Source: an uncultured delta proteobacterium (GTDB lineage Bacteria; Myxococcota_A; Polyangia; Fen-1088). Taken from it: a DNA stretch of 64,000 nt. Shown piece after piece: positions 33,346 through 43,855 of the stretch. Both the position numbers and the translations under genes were made by a program. How positions within the stretch are numbered: the first letter of the stretch is position 1; the number at the start of each line of letters is the position of its first letter. The notes under the pieces were generated by a model that was not told the origin of the DNA, did no database searches, and saw nothing but the letters and a program-made list of their open reading frames with translations. Location of the stretch: positions 3,072,001-3,136,000 of the forward strand of contig CAVYGB010000008.1 in assembly GCA_963767925.1 (NCBI GenBank). Reading direction: 5' to 3'.

Positions 33346-35862
33346 TCAGAGGTCGTTGCCAATGTTGAACTGGAAGTCGTAGCTGCGCTCGCCGTACTGA
33401 TACAGCGGCTTGAAGGGGAAGCCCCACTCGAAGCGGAGCGGCCCGATCGGCGAGAACCAGCGGAACCCGAAGCCCCAGCTCGTGCGCAGGCTGCTGAGGT
33501 CTTCCCAGGGCCGCACGCAGGGGTCGAAGGAGACGTGGGGATCGGCCGGCCGGAGCTGGCAATATTGATCCTCGAGGTTGTAGGCGTTGCCCGCGTCGGT
33601 GAAGAGCACCGCCCGGATGCCGACCCGCTCGATGAGGGGGAACTCGATCTCCGCCCGCCCGATGAGCTGCAAGTTGCCGCCGATCTGGTTGACCTCGAGG
33701 ATCGAGTCGGGGACCTGCTCGGCCGGGGCGCGGATGCGGGGCCCCAGGCTGTAGGGCGGGAAGCCCCGGACGTCGTAGCTGCCGCCCAGGAAGTAGCGCT
33801 CGAAGATCGGCACGCCCTGCGGGTCGCGGGAGGTGATGAGCCCGACCTGGGCCCGCAGGCGCAGGACGAAGGGACCCCACAGGGGGTAAAAGTAGCGGGT
33901 GGTGGCGTCGTAGCGGTTGTAGGTGGTCTGCGAGCCGAAGATCCGCTCGGCGAACTCGGCGGCGGCGTCGTTGTACCAGCCGCTGGTCGGGAAGAGGCGG
34001 TTGTCCCGCGAGTCGAAGGCCAGCGACAGCCGGAACGACGAGCTGAGCCCGGGGCGGAGCAGGTTGGCCAGGGTCCCCGGGGGGAAGGGGGTGCGCTGCC
34101 CACCGGCCAGGAACCCGGTGCGGGTGCTGGTGGAGACCCCCACGTCCTCGAGCTGGTAGCGCAGGTAAAGGTGGAGGTTGTCGACCAGCATGTAGCCCCA
34201 GGTGAGGCTGCCGCCCTTCGAGGTGCGGTTGAAGGACGGGTAATACTGGAACTGGTTGTAGAGGTTGAAGCCGAAGGTCCAGTTGGTATCGAGGAAATAG
34301 GGCTCGTCGAAGGAGAGCAGGAAGATCTGCCGGATGCCCGACAACATGGCCTGCAGCGACAGGGCCTGGCCCCGGCCGAACAGGTTGTTCTGGGAGATCT
34401 GGGCCTGGAAGATGAAGTTCTCCGCCGAGGAGAAGCCGGCCCCGATCTGGAAGGCGCCGGTCTGGCGCTCGGTGACCTCGACGTTCACCTCCATCTTGTC
34501 GTCGCTGTCGCCCCGCTTCTCCGAGACGTCGACCCGCTCGAAGAAGCCCAGGGCGTTGACCCGGCGCTTGGACAGCTCGAGGCGCGTGCTGTTGTAGGGC
34601 TCGCCCTCGACCACCCGCATCTCCCGGCGGATGACCTTGTCCCGGGTGCGGGTGTTGCCGCGGATGTTGATGCGGTCGAAGCTGACCTCGCTGCCCCGCT
34701 GGATCTCGAAGGTGACGTCCACCAGGCGCTTGGTCTCGTCGACCGCGGTCTGGGGGATGATGTTGACGTAGGCGAAGCCCTTGTCCTTGTACTGCTCGGT
34801 CAGCTCCTGGATGTCCTGGCCCAGCTTGGAGCGGCTGAAGGTGTCGCCGCCCTTGGCCCGCAGGCGCTCCCGGATCCGGGCTTCGTCCTCGAGCAGCTCG
34901 CCCTTGAACTCGATCTTCCCCAGCGTGTAGGCGGCCCCCTCCTCGATGGGGATGGTGATGTAGAGCGAGCGCTTGTCGGGCGACAGCTCGAAGCGGGGGT
35001 CGTGGATCTTGACGTATATGTAGCCCCGGTCCTGGTAGTAGGACTGCAGCAGCAACATGTCGCGCTGAAAGACGTCCTCCCGGTAGGTGCCGGCCGAGGT
35101 GACGAACGACAGCAGGTCGGTCTCCTGGGTCAACATCACCGAGCGCAGGTCGCGGTCGGAGGCGGCCTTGTTCCCCACGAAGTTGACCCGCCGGACCTCC
35201 ACCTTGGCGTTCTCCCGGACCCGGAAGGTGACGTCGACCTCGGAGGCGCCGATGCGCTTGAGCTCGTGGGTGACGTCGGCCATGTAGAAGCCGCGCTGCA
35301 AGTACAGCTCGCGGATCTTCTCCATGTTCTTCTTGATCTTGGCGAGGTCGAGGATCTGCTCCTTCTTGATGTCGAGGACCTCGTTGATCTTCGTGAGCCC
35401 GACCTCATCGTGGCCCGAGACGTAGATCTTCCGGATCGACGGCTTCTCCTTGAGCACGAAGACGACGACCACCCCGCCCGGCTCGCTGTTGGCCTCGACC
35501 TGCACGTCCTCGAAGAACCCCATGCGCCAGATGGCGCGCACGTCCTCGCGCAGCAGGTCCTGGGTCAGCGAGGCGCCCGGCACCGTGCGCAGGTTGACCC
35601 GCAGGGCATCGTCCTCGACCTTGCGGTTGCCCCGGAAGGCGATCCGCTTGACCTCCAGGGAGAGGACGTCGGCCGGGACCTGGGGGTCACCGGGGGCGGC
35701 TCCGGGGGCCGGTCCCGCGTCGCCGCCGGCGTCGGGGGGCGCGCCCGCGTCGGGGGTAGCCTGGGCCTGGGCGCGCGCGGGCCACAGCGCCAGCACGAGC
35801 AGCAGCACCGGGAGGGGCCGGGAGGAGCGAACGAGGGTCAGGGGTCCTGGCACTGGAGGCAT
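33346..35862 (-). CDS. bamA: Outer-membrane protein assembly factor BamA
   Basis: POTRA repeats (GNTRTRDKVIRRE), NLFGRGQ, VRGF, WFSPIGPLRF. Confidence 0.95.
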   Translation of the reverse strand: MPPVPGPLTLVRSSRPLPVLLLVLALWPARAQAQATPDAGAPPDAGGDAGPAPGAAPGDPQVPADVLSLEVKRIAFRGNRKVEDDALRVNLRTVPGASLTQDLLREDVRAIWRMGFFEDVQVEANSEPGGVVVVFVLKEKPSIRKIYVSGHDEVGLTKINEVLDIKKEQILDLAKIKKNMEKIRELYLQRGFYMADVTHELKRIGASEVDVTFRVRENAKVEVRRVNFVGNKAASDRDLRSVMLTQETDLLSFVTSAGTYREDVFQRDMLLLQSYYQDRGYIYVKIHDPRFELSPDKRSLYITIPIEEGAAYTLGKIEFKGELLEDEARIRERLRAKGGDTFSRSKLGQDIQELTEQYKDKGFAYVNIIPQTAVDETKRLVDVTFEIQRGSEVSFDRINIRGNTRTRDKVIRREMRVVEGEPYNSTRLELSKRRVNALGFFERVDVSEKRGDSDDKMEVNVEVTERQTGAFQIGAGFSSAENFIFQAQISQNNLFGRGQALSLQAMLSGIRQIFLLSFDEPYFLDTNWTFGFNLYNQFQYYPSFNRTSKGGSLTWGYMLVDNLHLYLRYQLEDVGVSTSTRTGFLAGGQRTPFPPGTLANLLRPGLSSSFRLSLAFDSRDNRLFPTSGWYNDAAAEFAERIFGSQTTYNRYDATTRYFYPLWGPFVLRLRAQVGLITSRDPQGVPIFERYFLGGSYDVRGFPPYSLGPRIRAPAEQVPDSILEVNQIGGNLQLIGRAEIEFPLIERVGIRAVLFTDAGNAYNLEDQYCQLRPADPHVSFDPCVRPWEDLSSLRTSWGFGFRWFSPIGPLRFEWGFPFKPLYQYGERSYDFQFNIGNDL

Positions 35863-35927
35863 CGTCAACGCTTTTTCAGCTTAAGTCCTTCAGCGAACGC
35901 CTCTCGCGAACGCCTGCAGCGAAGCCC

Positions 35928-36674
35928 TCAGCGATCCTCCCCGATCAGGCCGTCGACCATGCGCACCCGCCGCATCGTCTGGGCGGCGAGCTCGTCGTTG
36001 TGGGTCACCAGGAGGACGGTCATGCCCAGCTCGCGGTTGAGCTCGAAGAATAACTCGTGCATCTCCCGGCTGGTCTTCGTATCGAGGTTGCCGGTGGGCT
36101 CGTCCCCCAGGAGGAGGCGGGGGGCCAGCAAGAGGGCCCGGGCCAGGGCCACCCGCTGCTGCTCGCCGCCCGACAGCTCGCCCGGCCGGTGGTGCAGCCG
36201 CTCCTTCAAGCCGACCCGCACCAGCAGGGCCTCCGCCCGGCCGCTGCAGTCCCGGCGGGCCAGGCGGTTGATGAGGCCTGGCATCATGACGTTCTCGAGG
36301 GCGGTGAACTCGGGGAGCAGGTGGTGGAACTGGAACACGAATCCGATGTTCCGGTTGCGAAAATCGGCCAGCCGGTTGGGGCTGAGGCTGGTCACGTCCC
36401 CGCCGTCGAACATGACCCGCCCGGCGCTGGGGGCGTCAAGGGTCCCGACGATGTGCAGGAGGGTCGACTTGCCGACCCCCGAAGCCCCCACCACCGCCAC
36501 CACCTCCCCGGGCCGGAGCTCGAGGTTGATCCCCTTCAAGACGCCGAGGGTGCGCCCGCCGTGCTCGAAGACCTTGGTCACGCCCTCGACCTGCAGATGA
36601 ACGCCTCCCGGGGCCATCGCCGCAGCGGCGGAAGGCGCGGTAGAATCGGCGAGCGGGCTCATCGGGTCTGGCAC
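35928..36674 (-). CDS. lolD: Lipoprotein-releasing ABC ATPase, LolD-like
   Basis: [38 protein letters not shown]; adjacent to bamA. Confidence 0.8.
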   Translation of the reverse strand: MPDPMSPLADSTAPSAAAAMAPGGVHLQVEGVTKVFEHGGRTLGVLKGINLELRPGEVVAVVGASGVGKSTLLHIVGTLDAPSAGRVMFDGGDVTSLSPNRLADFRNRNIGFVFQFHHLLPEFTALENVMMPGLINRLARRDCSGRAEALLVRVGLKERLHHRPGELSGGEQQRVALARALLLAPRLLLGDEPTGNLDTKTSREMHELFFELNRELGMTVLLVTHNDELAAQTMRRVRMVDGLIGEDR

Positions 36675-36975
36675 CGTAGCCGCCGGTTTACCTTAAGTCA
36701 ACGCAGCCCGGAAGGAGTCGGGTGCGCGTGGTCATGGGGGGCGCGAGCCAGCCGCGGACGGGTCGCGCAGCCGACGGTGCGGTCCCGCTCATTGCCCCGG
36801 ATGAACCCCGAAGCGCGTGGGCTCCGGCGGGACGGTGAAGGTAGCGAACGGAACGCCGAGGTAGGTAGGCGGCAGGTGGTCTCGCCGCACATCGTCGACG
36901 GCCAGCGGTCCACCCGCCCCCGGTCGCGCAGCACGATTCCTCGTCGGGGGCCTCCGGGCGCCCGGCGGGGTAGAA

Positions 36976-36997
36976 AAGGGCGGTGAACACCGCCCTT
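36976..36997. promoter_or_regulatory. Perfect 10 bp inverted repeat upstream of the GbsR-family gene
   Basis: AAGGGCGGTG-AA-CACCGCCCTT; function unknown. Confidence 0.45.
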
Positions 36998-37031
36998 CCG
37001 CGAGGGAGGGGCGGGTGGTATCCCTTGCGCC

Positions 37032-37619
37032 ATGCCGGTCCGCGCCGGGGTCAAGCCCCGACCCGCCAAACCACCTCCTCCGGTCGAGAGCGAGGAGCTG
37101 AACCAGGCGCGTGACCTGGGCATCGACACCTGCGGCCGCATCGCCGAGTTCTGGGGGTTCACCCGAACCATGGGGCGGGCCTTCGGGCTGCTCTACCTGT
37201 CTCCCGACCCGATCACCCAGCTCGAGATCCAGAAGCGGCTGGGCATCTCCGCGGGCAGCGCCTCGATGACCCTGGCGGGCCTCATCCGCTGGGGCGTGGC
37301 CCACAAGGTCTGGGTGCGGGGGCAGCGGCGGGAGCACTACCGGGCCGAGACCGACTTCTGGAAGATGATCTCCGGCGTCCTCAACGAGCGGGAGCGGCGC
37401 GAGATCGGCGCCGCCCTCGACCTGGTCACCCGGGCCGAGGGGCGGGCCCGGACGGCGCGCCGAAACGCTCCCGCAACCTTGCGGCCAAACATCGATTTTA
37501 CCCTGCAGCGCCTGGAACGCCTGCACGAGCTTTACCGGATGGGCGAGACCATGCTCGACATGTTGCTCGGCCACCTCAAGCTCGACGTGGGCCGGTTCCG
37601 CGCGGTAATGAAGGCCTAG
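37032..37619 (+). CDS. GbsR/MarR-family transcriptional regulator
   Basis: GRIAEFWGFTRTMGRAFGLLYLS, LGISAGSASMTL, RREHYRAETDFW. Confidence 0.88.
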   Translation: MPVRAGVKPRPAKPPPPVESEELNQARDLGIDTCGRIAEFWGFTRTMGRAFGLLYLSPDPITQLEIQKRLGISAGSASMTLAGLIRWGVAHKVWVRGQRREHYRAETDFWKMISGVLNERERREIGAALDLVTRAEGRARTARRNAPATLRPNIDFTLQRLERLHELYRMGETMLDMLLGHLKLDVGRFRAVMKA

Positions 37620-37660
37620 GAGTCGGGGAATGGCCAGGATCGACGCGAGGGTTGCGTTCG

Positions 37661-37686
37661 TTCAATTCTTTTTGAATATTTCAAAA
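37661..37686. promoter_or_regulatory. AT-rich overlapping palindromes, putative operator of the menaquinone operon
   Basis: TTCAA-N6-TTGAA overlapping TTTTGAA-TAT-TTCAAAA in a GC-rich background. Confidence 0.6.
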
Positions 37687-37691
37687 GTCAG

Positions 37692-38732
37692 ATGGCGCCC
37701 CCCCTCTCCCCCGCTGGCCCCTCGGCCCCCCTTTCGGTCCCCCCACCCGTCGCCGGGGGGAGGCCGGGCGTGAGCGACGACCGGCTGTTCGACCTGGTCT
37801 CCGCCGACATGCAGAAGGTGGAGGCGCTGCTCCGCGAGCGCATGCACAGCGCGATCGGCACCATCCCCGACGTGGGCGCCCACCTGCTGCTGGCCGGGGG
37901 CAAGCGGCTGCGCCCGCTGATCGCCGCCCTGGCCGGGCGGGCCACCGGCGCCGACCCCGCCCTGGCGCTGGCGGTCGGCTGCGCGGCCGAGCTCATCCAC
38001 ACCGCCACCCTGTACCACGACGACGTGGTCGACGACGGCCGCGTGCGCCGGGGCCGGCCCGCCGCCCGCATGGTGTTCGGCAACGGCATCGTCGTGCTGG
38101 TGGGCGACTTCTGTCTGGCGCGCGCGCTCGAGACGGTGGCCCTGACCGGGTCGCTGCCGCTCGTGCAGTCGCTCGCCGCCACCGTGACCGAGATGGCCGA
38201 GGGCGAGGTGGCCCAGCTCGAGCGGGCGGGCAACGCCGAGGTCACGACCGCCGAATACTTCGACGTCATCGATCGCAAGACCGCCTCCCTCATCGCCTGG
38301 TGCGCCCGGGTGGGCGGGGCCGCTCCACCACCGGCCGACGCCGCCCTGGCCCGCTTCGGCCGGGCGGTGGGGCGAGCCTTCCAGATCGCCGACGACATCC
38401 TCGACTGCGCGGGGGCCGAGTCGGTCACCGGCAAGTCGGTGGGCCACGATCTGAAGGAAGGCAAGCTGACCCTGCCGGTGCTGCTGGCCTGCGAGATCGA
38501 CCCCGGCGTGCGGGCCCGGCTGCGACGGGAGCTCGGCGAGGGCGGCCTCTCGGACGCCTCCACCCGGGAGCTCCTCGAGCTGGTCCGGCGGGTGGGCGGC
38601 GTCGATCGAGCGCGGGCCCGGGCCCACAGCATCGCCGCCGAGGCCATCGCCGAGCTGCAGGTGCTGCCCGAGTCGCGGCACCGCGAGGGGCTGGCCGATC
38701 TGGCCCGCCTCTCGGTGGAGCGGGTCTCCTGA
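37692..38732 (+). CDS. Polyprenyl diphosphate synthase (start may be GTG 37770)
   Basis: GGKRLRP, ELIHTATLYHDDVVD, AFQIADDILD, DLKEGKLTLP. Confidence 0.92.
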   Translation: MAPPLSPAGPSAPLSVPPPVAGGRPGVSDDRLFDLVSADMQKVEALLRERMHSAIGTIPDVGAHLLLAGGKRLRPLIAALAGRATGADPALALAVGCAAELIHTATLYHDDVVDDGRVRRGRPAARMVFGNGIVVLVGDFCLARALETVALTGSLPLVQSLAATVTEMAEGEVAQLERAGNAEVTTAEYFDVIDRKTASLIAWCARVGGAAPPPADAALARFGRAVGRAFQIADDILDCAGAESVTGKSVGHDLKEGKLTLPVLLACEIDPGVRARLRRELGEGGLSDASTRELLELVRRVGGVDRARARAHSIAAEAIAELQVLPESRHREGLADLARLSVERVS

Positions 38733-39427
38733 TGGGCGCCGGGACCGACGTCCGCGGCATGTTCGACCGGATCGCCGGCCGCTACGACGCCGCCAACCGG
38801 GTGATGTCGGCGGGCATCGACGTGATCTGGCGGCGGCGGGCCATGGCCGCCCTGCTGGCCGACCTGCCCGCCGGGGCGCGGGTGCTCGACCTCGGCGCGG
38901 GCACTCTGGACGGCGCGCTGGAGATCGTCCGGCGGCGGCCGGACCTGCAGGTTGTCGGCGCCGACTTCGCCCGTCAGATGCTGGCGGTGGGCCGGCGCAA
39001 GCTGGCCGGCCACCCTCCCGGACGCATCGTGGCCCACGCCGCCGACGGGCACCACCTCCCCTACGTGGCGGGCGCCTTCTCCGCGGCCTTCTCCGGCTTC
39101 TGCGTGCGCAACCTGGCCGATCTGCCGGTGGCCCTGGCAGAGCTGCGGCGGGTGGTGCAGCCGGGAGGTCCGGTCGTCATCCTCGAGTTCTTCCGGCCGC
39201 TGCGGACCCGCTTGTTCTTCGACCGGCTGTACAACGCCCACGTCTTGCCCCTGCTGGGCTGGGCGGTCACCGGCGACCGCGAGGCCTACCGCTACCTGCC
39301 CCGCTCGATCGAAGCCTTCCGCTCGCGGGTCGAGTTCGAGGAGGCCCTCCGCCAGGCCGGCTTTCCCCAGGTGCAGGGGCAGGACCTGTTTCCCGGCGGG
39401 GTGGCCTCGCTGGTGGTGGCCCGATGA
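38732..39427 (+). CDS. menG: Demethylmenaquinone methyltransferase (UbiE/MenG)
   Basis: MFDRIAGRYDAANRVMS, VLDLGAGT, AYRYLPRSI. Confidence 0.88.
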   Translation: MGAGTDVRGMFDRIAGRYDAANRVMSAGIDVIWRRRAMAALLADLPAGARVLDLGAGTLDGALEIVRRRPDLQVVGADFARQMLAVGRRKLAGHPPGRIVAHAADGHHLPYVAGAFSAAFSGFCVRNLADLPVALAELRRVVQPGGPVVILEFFRPLRTRLFFDRLYNAHVLPLLGWAVTGDREAYRYLPRSIEAFRSRVEFEEALRQAGFPQVQGQDLFPGGVASLVVAR

Positions 39428-39990
39428 AGCTTGTCGTGGCGGTCGGCGGCGCCTCGGGCTCGGTCTACGCCAAGCGCCTGCTCGACGCGCTGGCCGCCCG
39501 CCCCGCCAGCGCCGAGCTGGAGGTCGGCCTGTGTTTCTCCCGCTCGGGCGAGGAGGTCTGGCGCCACGAGATCGGGCAGCCGGCCCAGTACCCCTTTCGC
39601 CGCTACCCCCTCGACGACTTCCGGGCGCCCTTCGCCTCGGGCTCGGCCGGCTGGGACGCCATGGTGGTCATCCCCTGCTCGACCGGGGGCCTGGCCCGCA
39701 TCGCCCACGGGGTGTCCGACGACCTCATCGGCCGGGCCGCCGACGTCATGCTGAAGGAGCGGCGCCGGCTGGTGCTGGTGGTGCGCGAGACGCCGCTGTC
39801 GCTGATTCATCTCGAGAACATGCTGGCCGTCACCCGGGCCGGCGCGGTGGTGCTGCCGGCCTCGCCCTCCTTCTATTCCAACCCCACCACCCTGGAGGCG
39901 CTGCTCGACACGGTTGTCGGCCGGGTCTTCGATCAGCTCGGGATCGCCAACCAGCTCATGCCCCGCTGGGGAGAAGGACGCCCGTCATGA
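39424..39990 (+). CDS. ubiX: Flavin prenyltransferase UbiX
   Basis: GASGSVY, ASGS, RAADVMLKERR, RETPLS, PSFY. Confidence 0.93.
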   Translation: MKLVVAVGGASGSVYAKRLLDALAARPASAELEVGLCFSRSGEEVWRHEIGQPAQYPFRRYPLDDFRAPFASGSAGWDAMVVIPCSTGGLARIAHGVSDDLIGRAADVMLKERRRLVLVVRETPLSLIHLENMLAVTRAGAVVLPASPSFYSNPTTLEALLDTVVGRVFDQLGIANQLMPRWGEGRPS

Positions 39991-40700
39991 TGCAGGCCCA
40001 GCCCCCCGGCGAGGCCGGTCGGCCCGACCCCGCCTCCGACCTGTTCGTCCTGGGCCGTCGGGCCGCCGCCGCCGCCCGGGCCGCCAGCGGCGGGCGGGGG
40101 GTCTTCTCGCGCTGCCGGCAGCTCCTGGCCACCGGCGCCTGGAAGGGCCCCCGCGACGCCGCCCTGGCCTACGTCGAGGAGGAGGACGCCGCCGCCCTCG
40201 GCGGACTGCCCGCCGTGCTGGAAGCGGGGGCCCGCCTGTACCTCGCGCGCACCCCGGGGGCCGCTCAGGAAGCGGCGGCCGCCGGGCTCACCGTCTCTTA
40301 CCGCCTGACCTACCGTGGCGGCGAGCGCGAGCCGGCCCGCCGCCAGCAGCGGGCCGCGCTGGCCGGTCTCGCGCTGGCGGGCGTGATCCCTACCCCCCAG
40401 GGGGAGCCGGGGGGCCTCGATACCCTGCGCCTGATGGCGCTCTGCCGCCTCGAGCTGCCCGAGCAGACCCGGGTTGTCGCCGACTTCGACCGCCTTGGGC
40501 ACCGGCTGGCCCAGATGAGCCTGGGGTTCGGGGCCGACGAGCTGTTCGGCCCCATACTGCCGGAGCGGGCCCTGCGCCTCGGGGCCAACGCCCACAGCAC
40601 CGTCATGACCCGCAAGGAGGCGGCCACCCTCCTGCGCGGCGCGGGGCTCTCGCCCTGCGAACGCCTCTCCGATGGCCGCCTCGAGGAGGTGCCCGAATGA
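39987..40700 (+). CDS. Degenerate CofH/MqnC/MqnE-like protein lacking the CxxxCxxC motif
   Basis: DLFVLGRRA, GLDTLRLMALCRL, LAQMSLGFGADELFG and LLRGAGLSPCER parallel the neighbouring MqnE/MqnC sequences. Confidence 0.7.
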   Translation: MMQAQPPGEAGRPDPASDLFVLGRRAAAAARAASGGRGVFSRCRQLLATGAWKGPRDAALAYVEEEDAAALGGLPAVLEAGARLYLARTPGAAQEAAAAGLTVSYRLTYRGGEREPARRQQRAALAGLALAGVIPTPQGEPGGLDTLRLMALCRLELPEQTRVVADFDRLGHRLAQMSLGFGADELFGPILPERALRLGANAHSTVMTRKEAATLLRGAGLSPCERLSDGRLEEVPE

Positions 40701-41846
40701 GCCAGCTCGGCGCAATCCGCAACAAGGTCGAGGCCGGCGAGCCCCTGTCGTTCGAGGACGGGGTGGCGCTGTTCCGCCACCCCAACGTCATGGAGGTGGG
40801 CTCCCTGGCCAACCGCGTGCGCGAGCGGCTGCACGGCGACCGCACCTACTTCAATCGCAACTTCCACATCAACGCGACGAACGTCTGCGTGGCGAGCTGC
40901 CGCTTCTGCTCGTTCGCCCGGCTCAAGGAGGGGGACCAGGGGGCCTACACCATGCCCCTCGAGGAGGCCTGGGGGAAGCTGCAGTCCCGGGTGGACGCCG
41001 GCGAGCCGGTGACCGAGATCCACATCGTCAACGGCCTGCACGACGGGCTGCCCTTCGAGTACTACACCGATCTCCTGCGCCGGGCTGAAGCGCATCAAGC
41101 CCAGCATCCACCTCAAGGCCTTCACGGCGGTGGAGATCTTCTATTACCACCAGCGCTACGGCCTCAGCGTGGCCGAGGTGCTGTCCCGGCTGCGCGCGGC
41201 GGGGCTGGACTCCATCCCCGGTGGCGGCGCCGAGATCTTCGCCCCCCGGGTGCGCAAGAAGATCTGCGACGACAAGTGCACCGGCGACGAGTGGCTGGAC
41301 GTGCACCGCACCGCCCACCGCATGGGCCTGCGCTCGAACGCCACCATGCTCTACGGCACCATCGAGACGGTGGAGGAGCGGGTCGACCACATGTTGCGGC
41401 TGCGCGCGCTGCAGGAGGAGACCGGGGGCTTCCAGACCTTCATCCCCCTGGCCTTCCACCCCGACAACAACGCCCTCATGAAGCTGCCGGCCCCCACCGG
41501 CATCGAGGACCTCCGCACCTACGCGGTGGCCCGCCTGCTCCTGCACAACATCCCCCACCTCAAGGCCTACTGGATCATGCTGGGGGTCAAGACCGCCCAG
41601 ACCGCGCTCTGGTTCGGGGCCGACGACCTCGACGGCACCGTCCAGGAAGAGCGCATCTACCACATGGCCGGGGCCGAGACCCCCCAGACGCTGAGCCCCG
41701 ACGAGATCGTGCGCATCATCGTCAACGCCGGGCGGGTCCCGGTCGAGCGCGACACCCTGTACAACGTCATCGCCGAGGGCGACGCCCTGGTCTCCCGCAA
41801 GCCCTTCCGGCGCGCCGTCCACCGCTCCCTGGAGGTGCTGCCGTGA
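40697..41846 (+). CDS. mqnE: Aminofutalosine synthase MqnE; +1 frameshift near 41082
   Basis: NATNVCVASCRFCSF, EIHIVNGLH, HLKAFTAVEI, FIPLAFHPDN, HLKAYWIM. Confidence 0.9.
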
Positions 41847-43851
41847 GCGCCCGCAAGCTCCGCCTGGCGGCGGTCTCCTTCCTCAACGCTCGCCCCATCA
41901 CCTACGGCCTCGAGCGCGACGCCGACGGCGACATCGACCTGCGCTTCGACATCCCCTCGGCCTGCGCCGAGGCCCTGGCCCGCCGGGAGGTCGACCTGGC
42001 CCTGTTGCCGCTGGCCAGCTACGCGACCTTCCCCGGCCCCTGCGGGTGATCCCGGGCGTCGCGGTCGCCAGCCGGGGCCCCGTGCGCACGGTCCTGCTCG
42101 TGGGCGAGGTCCCCTGGGCCGAGATGGAGAGCATCGCCCTCGACTCGGCCTCCCGCAGCTCGGCCATGTTGCTGCGGGTGCTCACCCGGGAAACGGGGCT
42201 GGACCCCCGCTTCGCGGAGAGCGACCACGAGGGCATCGTCGAGGCGGCCTCCGGCACCCGGGGCGCCCTCATCATCGGCGACGCTGGCTTCCGGGCCGCC
42301 GATCTCTACCCATACGTCTACGACCTGGGAGCGGAGTGGGCCGCCCTGACCGGCCTGCCCTTCGTCTACGCGGTCTGGGCCGGCCACCCCGAAGCCGCCA
42401 CCCCCGCCGACGTCGCCCGCCTGCGCGACAGCCAGCGCCGGGGGCTCGAGCACCGGGCCGAGATCGCCCGGGCCTTCGCTGCCGAGCGGGGACTGCCCGC
42501 CTCGGTCTGCGAGAGCTACCTCAGCCACAACATCCGCTACCAGCTCGGGGCCGAGGAGCTGTCGGGCGCGGGCGCCTTCCTGGCCCGGGCCAGCGCCCTC
42601 GGCGCCGTGCCCCCGGGCACCCGCATCCGCTTCTTCGAGGACGGGCGCCCCGAGCGGCCCATCACCAACGCCCGCAAGGCCGCCCCCCTGCCCCTGCCCG
42701 CGGCCACCCCGGCGGGCGGGTCCCCCCGCCGCAGCCTCGACAGCCTGCTGGCCGACGCCGCCGCCGGCCAGCGCCTCGCCTTCGAGGACGGCCTGCGCCT
42801 GTACAGCGAAGCCGACCTGCTCGACCTCGGCGCGGCGGCCGATCGCCGCCGCCAGAGCCTGCACCCCGACGGCACCGTCACCTACATCATCGATCGCAAC
42901 GTCAACTACACAAACGTCTGCGTCACTCGCTGCAAGTTCTGCAACTTCTACCGCCCGCCCGGCCACAAGGAGGGCTACACCCTGGACCGGGAGGTGCTCG
43001 GCCAGAAGCTGCAGGAGACGGTCGACCTGGGGGGCGTGCAGATCCTGCTGCAGGGCGGGCTCAACCCCGACCTGCCCCTGGCCTACTACGAGGATCTGTT
43101 CCGCTGGATGAAGGCCAGCTTCCCCCTGGCCATCCACGGCCTGTCGCCCGAGGAGATCCGCTACATCGCCGAGATCGAGGAGCTGCCCCTGCGCACCGTG
43201 ATCGAGCGGCTGGTGGCGGCGGGGCTCGACTCGATCCCCGGGGGCGGCGCCGAGATCCTCGACGACGACGTCCGCCGCCACATCTCCCCCCTCAAGTGCT
43301 CGACCGAGACCTGGCTCGAGGTGATGCGCCAGGGACACGCCCTGGGCCTGCGCACCACCGCCACCCTCGTGTTCGGCTTCGGCGAGACGCCCGAGCAGCT
43401 CTTCGGGCACCTCGAGCACCTGCGCGCCCTGCAGGACGAGACCGCCGGCTTCACCGCCTTCATCTGCTGGCCCTTCCAGGCCGAGGGGACCCGCCTCAAG
43501 CTGCGCGACGACACGACCGCCCTGCGCTACCTGCGGGTGTTCGCCGCCGCCCGCCTGTACCTCGACAACTTCCCCAGCCTGCAGGTCTCCTGGCCCACCA
43601 TGGGCCCGGAGGTCGGGCAGGTGGCCCTGCGCTTCGGGGGCAACGACTTCGGGTCGGCCATGATCGAGGAGAACGTCGTCTCCCAGGCCGGCGCGGTGTT
43701 CAAGCTGTCGGCCCAGGACATCGAGCGCTACGTGCGGGAGGCGGGCTTTGTCCCCCGCCGCCGCAACATGCGCTACGAGCTGTTGCCCCTGCCTCCCGCC
43801 GCCCGGAGCGCCCCGGCGCCCTTTGCCGCCGGCCTCGGCGTGGATCGCTGA
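41843..43851 (+). CDS. mqnC: Fused chorismate dehydratase MqnA and cyclic dehypoxanthine futalosine synthase MqnC; frameshift in a C run near 42040
   Basis: VSFLNARP, SRSS, LIIGD, TGLPFVYAVW (MqnA) continuous with IDRNVNYTNVCVTRCKFC and DFGSAMIEENVV (MqnC). Confidence 0.88.
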
Positions 43852-43855
43852 CCCC

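Noticed and set aside
36690..36970. SRP or another structured ncRNA in the lolD-regulator gap
   Set aside because: CCGGAAGG is present but the rest of the SRP motif is missing; no RNase P, tmRNA or 6S signature seen
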